DNA of 64,000 nucleotides from Nitrososphaeria archaeon. GTDB taxonomy: Archaea > Thermoproteota > Nitrososphaeria > JACIWG01. The stretch covers positions 70,653 through 134,652 of the forward strand of contig JBEKIG010000005.1 of the NCBI GenBank assembly GCA_050011875.1. The letters are read 5' to 3'. This document shows, piece after piece, positions 30,441 to 40,329 of this stretch (position 1 is its first letter; each line of letters opens with the position of its first letter). Position numbers and translations under genes: made by a program. Below the pieces are notes generated by a model that saw only the letters and a program-made list of their open reading frames with translations, had not been told where the DNA came from and made no database searches.

Positions 30441-31720
30441 TCCACAACACACTCCGCTAACATTTTTTTCCTAAGCTCTGCTGGTAGGCTTAGGAGACCG
30501 AAATCACTTGAAAGAAGTTTTTCCTTAAATTCATCGGTGTCAACGTTCTCCTGCATTAAATAGAACAATATACCCGCTCTCTCTATATCTTTGACCAAGA
30601 TGAACCCGATGATTCTCCCTTTTCTGATTACTATCTTCTTGTATATGGCGTCTTTAGGACTGTAAGATATGAGCGATTGTATTTCTTGACTGTTCATCGG
30701 GTTAGTCACCCCCGCAGCGATCACCGGAATATTGAAGTACTTTAGTGCGCTCATCAGCGTACTTCCAGGATACTGCGTCTCCTTTCCAGCCATATTGAAA
30801 CCAGCTGTTCTCCCTCCAATGTATGCCGTCGGCCATTGCGGGAGAACGCGATTTTCTTCGAAGACGAAATCATAGGCTTCTGCAACATCTCCGCAGGCAT
30901 AAACATAGGGAACACTTGTGCGCATGAACCTGTCCATGACAATTCCTATGTTTGTTTTTATTTCGGTTCCTTGGGCGAGCTCGATGCGAGGCCTAACACC
31001 TATGGCTATGACGACTAGTTCACATGGGATCACCTGAGCGTTTTCTAATACAACAGCATCTACAGTATTCTCATCGTCCTTTTTTCCAATTATCCTTTGA
31101 ACAGAATGTCCTGTAAGAACTTTTATGCCTTCTTTTTGGATTTTGGATCTGATAATTTCCGAAGATGTGGGATCTAGAAGTAGACTAAGGATCGTCTCTT
31201 TAAGTTCTATTATTGCGACGTCCATACCATTTTTGGCCAACGCTTCGGCAAGGCAGACGCCGATCAACCCGCCACCTATGATCACTGCTCTTTCTTTTCC
31301 CCCAATCCTTGCTTTTAAGATCTCAGCGTCTGAGAGTGATGTAAACGTAAAAACTCCACGTTTGTCCTTTCCATCGATGCTCCCCGTAATCGGCTTACCG
31401 CCTGTGGCCAGAAGAAGATTCTCGAAGTAGACCTTTTCACCACCTTCGAGAGTTACGAATTTATTCGAAAGCTCAACGCCTACAACTCTTTTCCCAAGGA
31501 AAACCTCAACATTGTTAAGGCGCCAAAACTCTTTAGAACGATAAGTTATCTTTTCAAGGGAACTGTTTCCACATAGATATTCGCCTATCAACGGCCTAGA
31601 GTATGCTGCAGGAGATTCCTCAGAAATGACCATAGCTGTCCCCACCGGATCGACCTCTCTGATGGCTTCGACTGCGCCAACGGCTCCTACAGAAGCGCCA
31701 ATAATAAGATATTTAGGCGT
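30437..31720 (-). CDS. FAD/NAD(P)-dependent oxidoreductase (NirB/rubredoxin-reductase-like), probable ACG start
   Basis: KYLIIGASVGA FAD motif lies upstream of the listed start (31645); also LLATGG, GGGLIG and YACGD. Confidence 0.88.
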   Translation of the reverse strand, partial: TPKYLIIGASVGAVGAVEAIREVDPVGTAMVISEESPAAYSRPLIGEYLCGNSSLEKITYRSKEFWRLNNVEVFLGKRVVGVELSNKFVTLEGGEKVYFENLLLATGGKPITGSIDGKDKRGVFTFTSLSDAEILKARIGGKERAVIIGGGLIGVCLAEALAKNGMDVAIIELKETILSLLLDPTSSEIIRSKIQKEGIKVLTGHSVQRIIGKKDDENTVDAVVLENAQVIPCELVVIAIGVRPRIELAQGTEIKTNIGIVMDRFMRTSVPYVYACGDVAEAYDFVFEENRVLPQWPTAYIGGRTAGFNMAGKETQYPGSTLMSALKYFNIPVIAAGVTNPMNSQEIQSLISYSPKDAIYKKIVIRKGRIIGFILVKDIERAGILFYLMQENVDTDEFKEKLLSSDFGLLSLPAELRKKMLAECVVD

Positions 31721-32166
31721 TAGGGAACAACCTCCTCATATAGTAAGGCTTCGTTCGGGCAAGCAGCTACACATGCAGGAAGATTTGATTCTCCGCACAG
31801 ATCGCACTTGAGTACCGCTTTATTACTTGCTGTGTCAACTTTAATGGCTCCATATGGACACACCATTATACATGTCCAGCAGCCGGCACATTTTTCACTG
31901 TCATGTACTACAAGTCCTGTTTTAGCATCTTTGCGCATAGCCCCTGACAGGCACACCATCACACATGGGTGATCCTTGCAGTGCTGGCATTGCACGGCTA
32001 GCGTTAGAGGATGCTGCACTTCCACCCTTATTCTACTCGAGGGTCTTAGTCCTTCTTTCTTGTAGGCTTTTATGATATCCTTTGATTTGGAATGATCCAC
32101 TATACAGTTTACTTCGCAAAGACCGCAGCCCATGCAGACTTCGTCTCTGTAGAGAATTCTCTTCAT
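31720..32166 (-). CDS. 4Fe-4S dicluster ferredoxin-like subunit (CooF/HydN type)
   Basis: Four Cys clusters: CMGCGLC, CQHC..PC, CAGCWTC..CP and KCDLC..C..CP. Confidence 0.9.
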   Translation of the reverse strand: MKRILYRDEVCMGCGLCEVNCIVDHSKSKDIIKAYKKEGLRPSSRIRVEVQHPLTLAVQCQHCKDHPCVMVCLSGAMRKDAKTGLVVHDSEKCAGCWTCIMVCPYGAIKVDTASNKAVLKCDLCGESNLPACVAACPNEALLYEEVVP

Positions 32167-32269
32167 ATGTTCTTCCCTCTAATAATTCGTATCCTTATAA
32201 ATCTCGCGTTAATTTCGTTGAGATTAACTAGGGTGTGCATGATTGAAATCATCTAACCTTGATATTTGA

Positions 32270-32557
32270 TCATTCTGGGGAACTGGCAGGAGAAGATTTT
32301 TTCTCTAAACAGGCTAAGTCGCAGTTAAATAGTTCCTCTCGCGTCCTGGGTGTTATTTCAAACATGGGGCAAATGTTGCTGGACCAACTTGGAGGCGAAA
32401 ACCTGCGTACCAACCCCACTTTTTCCATTTTTTCAAGAATTTTAAGGGGTTCTTTTATTCCCGTATGATTAGAAACATAATTGAGAGGAACTGCGCTTTT
32501 AGCAAAAGCCATGATTAAAAGAATTCTCTTATCCTCCTCATCTATACTATCTAGCAT
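32270..32557 (-). CDS. Small winged-helix-like protein
   Basis: ILLIMA...LEKMEKVGLVRR...FEIT pattern resembling a wHTH. Confidence 0.55.
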   Translation of the reverse strand: MLDSIDEEDKRILLIMAFAKSAVPLNYVSNHTGIKEPLKILEKMEKVGLVRRFSPPSWSSNICPMFEITPRTREELFNCDLACLEKKSSPASSPE

Positions 32558-32679
32558 GTACGTAAGCAGTGCTTTTAAAGGGAATATAAAAGTATTGTAA
32601 TTGATATATATGTAAATAATACGGGTATATGTTTCATATATTATAACTAACGGGCAGAGTGAAACCTAAAACAGGGCGT

Positions 32680-33768
32680 TTATGGCGTGCTTATTTCTTC
32701 AACCGTTCGATTTAGAGTTACTTCAGCGATATCCTTTCCATACTCCATCATTTTTTTCGAATTGTCTAGAATCAGTCTCAGAACTGATGAGATCGCAGGG
32801 TCTAGCTTCTTGCTTAACATAAGACTGACTGCGTCTTTTTCAAGCTGTAACCCTGTGGAAATGAAACGCGATATTGTATCATCTGCTAGATAATAGTCTC
32901 TTTTAAAAAATGCCTTTAACGAATCTTCGAGCAGGAGGTGTCCAAAAGAATGACATTTGAGAACGCTTGAGTACACTTCTTCGTCAACCGACTTGTCTAG
33001 GGTTAAAATCTTCTCATCAATTAACCTTTTAAGAGCCAAAATATTTCTCGCTGTCCCGGCAGCACTGTCTCCGATGTTCTCAAGGTTTTTTACAGCAATT
33101 CTGTATCCCAGAAATTCTTTAGGGGATTTTAATCCCATTTCCTTGAAGAGGTTACGTTCTATACCATATTTTAGCTGGCGTATAGCAAAAAGGCTTAGAC
33201 GGTCAAGATCTTGATCGGTAGCTATAACGTCTTGGGCTAACCTCCCGTTAAAATCCTTTAAAGCCGACACGGCTTCCTCATCTATCGACTTGGCTATCGC
33301 ATGCATTCTTCTGACCGCATTCTCTAGAGGAAAGTCCAGTTGATTGATTAAAATTTGAATGCTGATTTCGTTCGACGATTCCGATATAATTTCTGATCCT
33401 AGGAGCATTCTTGCAGTGTTTTTTATCGACGTTTTCTGTTCAGGCGTTATTTCCGAGTCTTTGAACCTTATGTGAATGATGTCGGCGCTGATAGCGTAAA
33501 GAGACATAATTCTACGTGCAACGGATTTGGGGTCATCCTTGGGGGTTATACGGACAGCAAACTCCTTCAGATTTAACCTAGCATTTTCTCTCTCCTCTAA
33601 GACCTTCTTGGGGACTAGAAGTAGTGAAGAATCTTCCAACCTTTTAAAGGTAAGCTGGCTCCCCTTCTTCAATCCAACATCAATCACCCATTCTTTAGGA
33701 AGCGATATAATGTAGGAGTCTCTTCCAGTAAGCTGTATTTTCCTGTATCCTAAATCCTGTTCCGCCAA
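32680..33768 (-). CDS. AbrB-PhoU family regulator
   Basis: RKIQLTGRDSYIISLPKEW AbrB domain followed by two PhoU repeats (DLDRL, LENIGD). Confidence 0.9.
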   Translation of the reverse strand: MAEQDLGYRKIQLTGRDSYIISLPKEWVIDVGLKKGSQLTFKRLEDSSLLLVPKKVLEERENARLNLKEFAVRITPKDDPKSVARRIMSLYAISADIIHIRFKDSEITPEQKTSIKNTARMLLGSEIISESSNEISIQILINQLDFPLENAVRRMHAIAKSIDEEAVSALKDFNGRLAQDVIATDQDLDRLSLFAIRQLKYGIERNLFKEMGLKSPKEFLGYRIAVKNLENIGDSAAGTARNILALKRLIDEKILTLDKSVDEEVYSSVLKCHSFGHLLLEDSLKAFFKRDYYLADDTISRFISTGLQLEKDAVSLMLSKKLDPAISSVLRLILDNSKKMMEYGKDIAEVTLNRTVEEISTP

Positions 33769-33950
33769 TGTTCTAACCGCGTGATATATGTTTTACCTTT
33801 ATTATATAGTAATCGTCATATCTATAAATGATTAGCCTCCTTCACTATATTTCTGTCAACTTTTTTTTTCAGTTCGGATTTGCTATTGTGTTAGATATCA
33901 GCATAGCATTTTTGTAAGAAAAAAAGTTTAGTCTAGACCTAAAAGCCACA

Positions 33951-34032
33951 CCTACGCTAACATCCTACAGGCTCGCGCAAGTCGCATCGCTTGAGGAACA
34001 TACTGATTGTGATTGCGTTGGTCACTGTTTTT
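33951..34032 (+). pseudogene. Decayed fragment of the zinc-ribbon membrane protein gene found at 63218-64000
   Basis: 33974-34007 is identical to the reverse complement of 63804-63837 (34 bp) and similarity continues on both sides; translates as RKSHRLRNILIVIALVTVF after an in-frame TAA. Confidence 0.8.
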
Positions 34033-34190
34033 CTTCTTAAGGATGCTAAGAGGTGTGGTGCCCCTACATCTTCGGCGGTACTAAAGCTAAAACGCTGAGT
34101 TGATTACATGTTTTAAATGCACTAGCCTTCTTGTCGTATCCAGATCAAAGTCTTTTAAGCATGTTACAGTATAGAAGCAAGCAGATCGCC

Positions 34191-35087
34191 ATGGACAAGA
34201 CGGATGTAACTTTATGCCAGCTTTTGTTGACGAATTCAAGGCTTTCCTACCGCGAACTAGCGCACAAGTTGAACCTTTCCATGACAGCAGTCCACGCGCG
34301 CATTCAGTCTCTGGTCGAGCTGGGTGTGATCCGCAGGTTCACCGCCAAGGTTAGCTTTGGAGCTTTAAAGGCGGTTCATGTCATGATCTTTGGAGCTTCG
34401 GTAAAAACTCCTCTTCACGACCTGAATGGAGAGCTTGCTAAACATGGTTCAATTTACTGGCTCGCCATCGGAGGCGGCAACTTTTTGTACGTCGGCGCCT
34501 ACCTCAAAAGCATTACTGAACTGGAACCCCTTGTGGACTACGTCAAAAAGACCGCGGGCCTGCTTGAGCCGACTGCGGGCTTAGTGTCTTGGCAATATCC
34601 CATTGACGCTTACGAGGTAAGTGATACAACACTTCACGGCTTAGACTACCAGATTATACGCTCTCTAAGCGACAACTCGCGTAAGGCTACATCGGATGTA
34701 GCTGAGGAATTGGGTGTCTCAGCAAAAACGGTGCGCCGTCGTCTTTTGCGGATGATGAGGGTCGGCCTGATCGAACTGTCGATAGAGTGGTATCCAGACG
34801 CTTCAAACGACATAATGACCGTGTTCCACTTTCGCCTAAAATCCGAATCCGACAAAGGGGTGCTTGGGGGGATCTTACAGAAATTTTGGCCCAACATAAT
34901 CTTCTACTGGGGCTTCAGTAACATTCCGAACTCGTACATCGCCTTTGTATGGACCAACACTATGAAGGAGCTGAAAAGCGTGCGAGAGAGGTTCGAGCAC
35001 GAAGCAGTGGTTCAGTCCGTCTCTCCTAACATCCTATATACGGGCTATATCTTCAAAACCTGGATTGACCGACTGGTCGAGAAATAG
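34191..35087 (+). CDS. Tandem Lrp/AsnC-type transcriptional regulator
   Basis: Two AsnC HTHs (MDKTD...NSRLSYRELA and LDYQII...NSRKATSDVAEELGVS); probable start 34191. Confidence 0.88.
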   Translation: MDKTDVTLCQLLLTNSRLSYRELAHKLNLSMTAVHARIQSLVELGVIRRFTAKVSFGALKAVHVMIFGASVKTPLHDLNGELAKHGSIYWLAIGGGNFLYVGAYLKSITELEPLVDYVKKTAGLLEPTAGLVSWQYPIDAYEVSDTTLHGLDYQIIRSLSDNSRKATSDVAEELGVSAKTVRRRLLRMMRVGLIELSIEWYPDASNDIMTVFHFRLKSESDKGVLGGILQKFWPNIIFYWGFSNIPNSYIAFVWTNTMKELKSVRERFEHEAVVQSVSPNILYTGYIFKTWIDRLVEK

Positions 35088-35095
35088 GTGTGCAT

Positions 35096-35131
35096 GTCCC
35101 TTTCCTAAACCTGAAATAGTGGAAAAGGGAC
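35096..35131. promoter_or_regulatory. Imperfect inverted repeat (terminator or operator) between regulator and ABC genes
   Basis: GTCCCTTTCC-N15-GGAAAAGGGAC. Confidence 0.4.
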
Positions 35132-35211
35132 TTTCCAAGCCTTCTTTATGCCTTTTCTTTAAGGAACAGGTTGACATGAACCTATATTCTTAGGATGGTA
35201 AGGCTCATCCA

Positions 35212-35982
35212 GTGAAAAAAGATATGTGCGCAAAAGTGATCGAACCAGCCATCGTAATAGAAAACCTCGTCAAGAAATTCGAGGATGTAACTGCGGTGGA
35301 TGGCGTCAGCTTACGGGTTGCAAAGGGTGAACTATTTGGGCTGCTGGGGCCTAACGGCGCTGGCAAAACCACGATCATAAACATCCTCTGCGGGCTTGTA
35401 AAGCCGACAAGCGGTTCCACCTTCATAGGCGGATACGATATGCAGAAGGAACCTGAAAAAGGCAAAGAGCTCTTGGGCGTGTGCATTCAAGAAACAGCTG
35501 TATACCCTTACCTGTCCGGTGCGGAGAACGTGGAACTTTTTGGAAACCTCTACGCCATGGATAAGGACGCCCTAAGGAAAAGGCGTGACATGTTGCTTGA
35601 GAGGATGGGACTCATCGAAGACGCTAAGAGGAAAGCCGAAAAATACAGCGGAGGCATGAAGCGCAGGCTAAGCCTCGCTCTCGCCTTAATCAACGATCCG
35701 CAGATAGCTTTTCTAGACGAGCCAACTGTTGCACTGGATCCTCAGTCTAGACACGCAGTCTGGGATTTTATTAAAGAACTGAAAGGCGACATAAAGACCA
35801 TCGTTCTGACCACACACTATATGGAGGAAGCTGAAGAGCTGTGCGACCGCGTCGGCATAATCGACCACGGAAAGCTGATCGCGCTTGGTTCACCAAAAGA
35901 CCTGATATCAAAAAACGAGGTCAAGAACTTGGAAGAGGTCTTCATCAACCTGACCGGAAGAAAGATGAGGGAGGAGATTTAG
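35212..35982 (+). CDS. ABC-2 exporter ATP-binding subunit
   Basis: GPNGAGKT, YSGGM and FLDEPT motifs. Confidence 0.93.
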   Translation: MKKDMCAKVIEPAIVIENLVKKFEDVTAVDGVSLRVAKGELFGLLGPNGAGKTTIINILCGLVKPTSGSTFIGGYDMQKEPEKGKELLGVCIQETAVYPYLSGAENVELFGNLYAMDKDALRKRRDMLLERMGLIEDAKRKAEKYSGGMKRRLSLALALINDPQIAFLDEPTVALDPQSRHAVWDFIKELKGDIKTIVLTTHYMEEAEELCDRVGIIDHGKLIALGSPKDLISKNEVKNLEEVFINLTGRKMREEI

Positions 35983-37134
35983 ATGAAACTTCAACGAGTC
36001 GTGGCTTTAACCAAAAAAGAAATGAAGAAAACAGTTCGTGAACCAGCAGTTCTGTTCTTAATCTTTCTTTTCCCCATAATTTTCGTGTTCGCTTTCGGCG
36101 CATCCTTCGGCGGGGTCGGAGGCGGACAACCGGTCTATAACGTCGGCGTAGTCAACATGGACCAAGCAAACCTTTCGAACTCGTCACAGATGTTCCTTGT
36201 AGCTTTGTCTAACACGAAAATATTAAACCTTCAAATCTATGCCAGCAACCAGACGGCTCAAAACGACCTATCTCAAGGCAAAATTCAAGCTGTAATGGTT
36301 GTTCCGGACGGGTTCAGCCAAAGCTTCGCCTCCTATCAGGCAACACCCAACGATCCAAGCAAATGGATCAACGCAACAATCTCACTGTACCTAGACAAGG
36401 GCTCAATCGTTGCAACTCAGGCGATACCACCAATCATCCAGCAGACCTTAACAGCCTTTACAGGTCAAAACCAGCTAGCTAACCCGATCCACATAGAAAT
36501 CGCCTCATTAGTCGAGGTAAAACAGACGTCGGCACTTGACTTCATAGCTCCGGGCATGTTCACGTTCGCGTCCATATTCCTCATAATGATGGTCGCCCAG
36601 TCGTTCGCCCAAGACCGCGAAAACGGCATGATGAAGCGAATACGAATCACACCGACGACTCCAACTGAATTTATGGCAAGCCAAGTCTTGTCTTACATGG
36701 TCATAGCCCTAATTCAGGCTGCTCTTGTTTTCGTCATGGTCTACCTCCTAGGGTTCAGACCCAGCGTGGGAATCCCAGTCTACACGTTCGCTTTCATACT
36801 GGTGCTTCTATTCTCGTTGTCTAACGTAGGTTTCGGCTTAATTACAGCTACTGTCACAAAATCACCGGGCGCAGCAACTGGAGTCGCTTTCCTCTTCGTG
36901 CTCCCTCAGTTGTTCCTCGGCACCTTCGTCGGCGCATCCCTCTCGTCAGGCGCCCAATTAGCCGGCAAGTTCGTGCCCAGCTACTACGTCACAGACGCCC
37001 TAACATCGCTTTTCCTCAGGGGTGCAGCCATCTTCAGCCCAACCGTACTGTTGGATCTAACTGTCATATCAGTATCGTGTGCGGCCATCTTGGCGATGGG
37101 CATAGCCCTGTACGCGAAATACTTCAAGATCTGA
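35983..37134 (+). CDS. ABC-2 exporter permease
   Basis: N-terminal TM, extracellular loop, five C-terminal TMs; DRENGMMKR. Confidence 0.9.
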   Translation: MKLQRVVALTKKEMKKTVREPAVLFLIFLFPIIFVFAFGASFGGVGGGQPVYNVGVVNMDQANLSNSSQMFLVALSNTKILNLQIYASNQTAQNDLSQGKIQAVMVVPDGFSQSFASYQATPNDPSKWINATISLYLDKGSIVATQAIPPIIQQTLTAFTGQNQLANPIHIEIASLVEVKQTSALDFIAPGMFTFASIFLIMMVAQSFAQDRENGMMKRIRITPTTPTEFMASQVLSYMVIALIQAALVFVMVYLLGFRPSVGIPVYTFAFILVLLFSLSNVGFGLITATVTKSPGAATGVAFLFVLPQLFLGTFVGASLSSGAQLAGKFVPSYYVTDALTSLFLRGAAIFSPTVLLDLTVISVSCAAILAMGIALYAKYFKI

Positions 37135-37197
37135 GCGGATGTAACCTAACACAAATCGAAACCGGAGAACGCCGTAAAGCATGGTGGTGAAAGAAAA

Positions 37198-37593
37198 TTG
37201 AAAGAAGACAAAACGTTCGACGCCAAGACGTTGATCGAAGAAGCGAAAGCTTCTGAGCATAGGGAAGCCTATAAAACCTTGGATAGAAACCTAAACTTCA
37301 GAATAGGCATTGGTGTGAGACTGGAGCCACCAGATGCCCTATCTTTTTTTGTTGAAATACTCATTTATCTGTGCCCACCCTTCAGCAAGGCAGATCTAAG
37401 GGTTCTAGAAAAGTGTCTGGCATGTCTTAAGGAGCTGCAAGTACGGAACTATTCCTTAACCTGTCAAGACGGCAACTGTATTTCATGCGAAAAAGCAGTA
37501 CCATCCAAGCAATTAGCTGAAGAACATACGGCGGTCAAATCACTTATAAAAAAATATTCTCGGCTCTCCTTTCAGACCGGCAAACTTGTATAA
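37198..37593 (+). CDS. Hypothetical protein
   Basis: 131-aa ORF with GGTG SD-like sequence upstream; no recognised motif. Confidence 0.55.
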   Translation: MKEDKTFDAKTLIEEAKASEHREAYKTLDRNLNFRIGIGVRLEPPDALSFFVEILIYLCPPFSKADLRVLEKCLACLKELQVRNYSLTCQDGNCISCEKAVPSKQLAEEHTAVKSLIKKYSRLSFQTGKLV

Positions 37594-37693
37594 CTATATT
37601 ATCTTAGATATTGCAAAATAAAAACGTGAAAATTATAGTAAATCACGGAATTCTGAATGAATCAAAGCCTACAAATCTATTGGAATCATTCCG

Positions 37694-38467
37694 TTATTTC
37701 TCAAGGATGAAAATGCCAATACCTTTTTCGTCATAGAATCTCACTTTCAAAAAACCTACAGTCTCGGCGTAATTTTCCCAATCTTCTCTTTTTCCAAGCT
37801 GAAAAACTGCGAAGGGTGTGAAAGCACAAAACATTCTGAAGTTCCTAAGAGGTTCAAGCAGCATACATTTTCCTCCAATCTTCAAGACCCGAAAGATTTC
37901 TTCTATTGATTTGATTCTGCTCTTTTCTCCTGGAAGGTTATTCAGTACACTACTGCATGTTACAATGTCAAAAATGTTATTATCAAATGGTATTTCCAAG
38001 ACATTTCCGAATTTGAATTCAACTTTGTCTCTAACGCCTTCGATTTCGGCATTCTTATAGGCTCTCTCTGGCGAGTTACCACCGAGCTCCATCTTATCCC
38101 AAATATCTATTCCAACAAGACTTCCAGTGGTTAGCCTTTTAGCCATTTGGACCGCTGTCCTGCCAGTGCCACTTCCCAAATCCAGCACATATTCAGTTCC
38201 TTTCAATTCTAGAAGTTTCGCAATCAAGCTGAATCTTGTACCATCAACACCAGTAAAGATGTATAAGGACAGAAAATGGGCAACAATCATATAAACTCCA
38301 AAAGTTATAATTATCCAACCACCAATTATTAGATATATGTTATTGAAGGCAAAGTAGCCTGCTGTAAGCAAAAGTAATCCAATGATTTCTACGACAGAAA
38401 ACAGAATTACAATTATCTTAATCGCATACAAACCATACTTCGGTTTTTCGCTTTTTTTGCTTTTCAC
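37694..38467 (-). CDS. Membrane-anchored class I SAM-dependent methyltransferase
   Basis: Two N-terminal TMs; VLDLGSGTG, GIDIW and FDIVT motifs. Confidence 0.88.
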   Translation of the reverse strand: MKSKKSEKPKYGLYAIKIIVILFSVVEIIGLLLLTAGYFAFNNIYLIIGGWIIITFGVYMIVAHFLSLYIFTGVDGTRFSLIAKLLELKGTEYVLDLGSGTGRTAVQMAKRLTTGSLVGIDIWDKMELGGNSPERAYKNAEIEGVRDKVEFKFGNVLEIPFDNNIFDIVTCSSVLNNLPGEKSRIKSIEEIFRVLKIGGKCMLLEPLRNFRMFCAFTPFAVFQLGKREDWENYAETVGFLKVRFYDEKGIGIFILEK

Positions 38468-38688
38468 GTGGGTTCTTCCCTATGTCTGCTAAACTCCTAA
38501 TGATATAAAAACTACTTAAGGAATCGTAAAGAATGTAAAAACGTCAACTGCAAGTTGAATTCTGGTAGGTTGGTTTGGGTTTCGGAAAAGAAGGATTGTA
38601 GGAGGAGGTTAAGTTTTATTGTTTTGGGCAAGTGCGGTTCAGATTGTGATTAAAGATGCTCTGAACTTGCTCAGAACGAATTGAAAAC

Positions 38689-40329
38689 TCAAGCTTCCAT
38701 GTTAGAAAGAAGTTTTTCTATGCTTCGCATGCAGTAGGAGCGCGCGAGCACGAGAATGATCGTGCCGATGGCCACTGTCGAAATTATGGTCAATGAGATT
38801 GATCCGAAAGAGCCCCCACCTAACAGCGTGAAGAATCCTGTCGCTTGGTACAAGATCAAGGGGGTAAAAGTCGCTAAAGTTGTCAGCCCTCCCATAGTGA
38901 AGGCTATAATGAATCCTGTAAATGTGAGAAATCTCGCTCTGGGCCCTACGGTGAAATTAGGGTAACGCGAACCCGTCCCAAGGCCCATATACCCTATTAT
39001 GAATATATTGAAGACCACAGCAACCAAAGCGACCAAGAACGGCAACGTCGCTACAGAAGCTAGAAATTTCATTAGCAAAGCAATAGCCAAGATTCCCACC
39101 CCTGAAATAATCCAGGAAAGGAAAAGCTTCCCCTTGACAAGCTCATCAGCTGAGATAGGAAGCATGTACATGTTGGCGATGGATCTTCCCTCCTGTCCTA
39201 TGGCAATGGTGGAAAGCATCAACGGCAGGATGAGGGATGCTTCACCGAGAAGAACGAAACCTGCGCTTGACAGGACAGCCCCTGGATTCACCCCACTCGT
39301 CAATACAGGGAGAAAGGAAGCCACCACAAGTATCACGGGAATAGCGAGGAACCTCGCCATTTCCCTCCGTCTTGCAAGAGATCTCAACTCCTTAAAGGCT
39401 ACTGCAAACGCTATTGGATCCAGCCACAGAAAAGACTGCCCTTTGGGGATGTAAATAGTTGAAGTCGATACCGCAATTGTGACCGGTACCGGTGACCAAT
39501 ACTTGGCTCTGAGTCTGGCTGCAGCTTCGAAAATTAGTAAGGTGAATAAGAGGGAAAGCAAGGTAAACGCGGTTGCCCTCATCGCGTCGGGGACAAGGGA
39601 GGATGCGACGGCAACTGAGGGCCAGAATATGGGCACAAACCAAGCCAAGTTGACGCCGCTGGCGATACTTGAGAGTGCGGTGTAAAGAATGTATGGGTTA
39701 AAGGCTATTTGCACCCCTACAAGCAGTACGACAATGAGGGTAATGCGGAGGAAAACACCGAGTCTTCCGCTTTTCTTGTAAAGAGAGGTGGAGATACGGT
39801 TCATTACCGCCCTCAGCGCCTCTACGATCACAGCTCCCCAGATGAAGGCAAGGAGGGAAATTGAGACGAAAAAAGGGACAATCCAAAGCATACCAAGGCT
39901 TACGGCAAGAGGTATGGTAATTCCGAGGCATATGAACAGGAGTGGCGAGTAAGTGAACTCCAATGAAGCGCTGGAGGCCACGATGTATTCCCTCGGAGAC
40001 ACTGGAAGCCAGTTCACCGCTTCGCTCGAAGAGAGACTTGTGGTCTGCCCAAGTTCAAAAAGTATGCCTGCTATGATTACAGCCGAAGTAAGGATTACAG
40101 GCAGCACCACAAGGACCTGCAATGTAATCGGTCGAATCAGACTCATGAATTCAGGTGGAACCAGGGGGAGGAAATACAAAAGTAATCCGAATGGAGCTAG
40201 GAATATGACTACATCTAAAAAAACGAGTGCGATGGGCTTGGATAGGAAGCTCCTACGTCCAAAGCGATTCGCTCTGAAATATGATTTGTAGAGAACAGTT
40301 GCAAGGCTTTCGACCATTGGCCAGTTCAA
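38689..40329 (-). CDS. Putative ABC exporter permease (multi-TM)
   Basis: More than 12 hydrophobic segments; overlaps ABC ATPase gene (4-nt TTGA overlap). Confidence 0.82.
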   Translation of the reverse strand: MNWPMVESLATVLYKSYFRANRFGRRSFLSKPIALVFLDVVIFLAPFGLLLYFLPLVPPEFMSLIRPITLQVLVVLPVILTSAVIIAGILFELGQTTSLSSSEAVNWLPVSPREYIVASSASLEFTYSPLLFICLGITIPLAVSLGMLWIVPFFVSISLLAFIWGAVIVEALRAVMNRISTSLYKKSGRLGVFLRITLIVVLLVGVQIAFNPYILYTALSSIASGVNLAWFVPIFWPSVAVASSLVPDAMRATAFTLLSLLFTLLIFEAAARLRAKYWSPVPVTIAVSTSTIYIPKGQSFLWLDPIAFAVAFKELRSLARRREMARFLAIPVILVVASFLPVLTSGVNPGAVLSSAGFVLLGEASLILPLMLSTIAIGQEGRSIANMYMLPISADELVKGKLFLSWIISGVGILAIALLMKFLASVATLPFLVALVAVVFNIFIIGYMGLGTGSRYPNFTVGPRARFLTFTGFIIAFTMGGLTTLATFTPLILYQATGFFTLLGGGSFGSISLTIISTVAIGTIILVLARSYCMRSIEKLLSNMEA

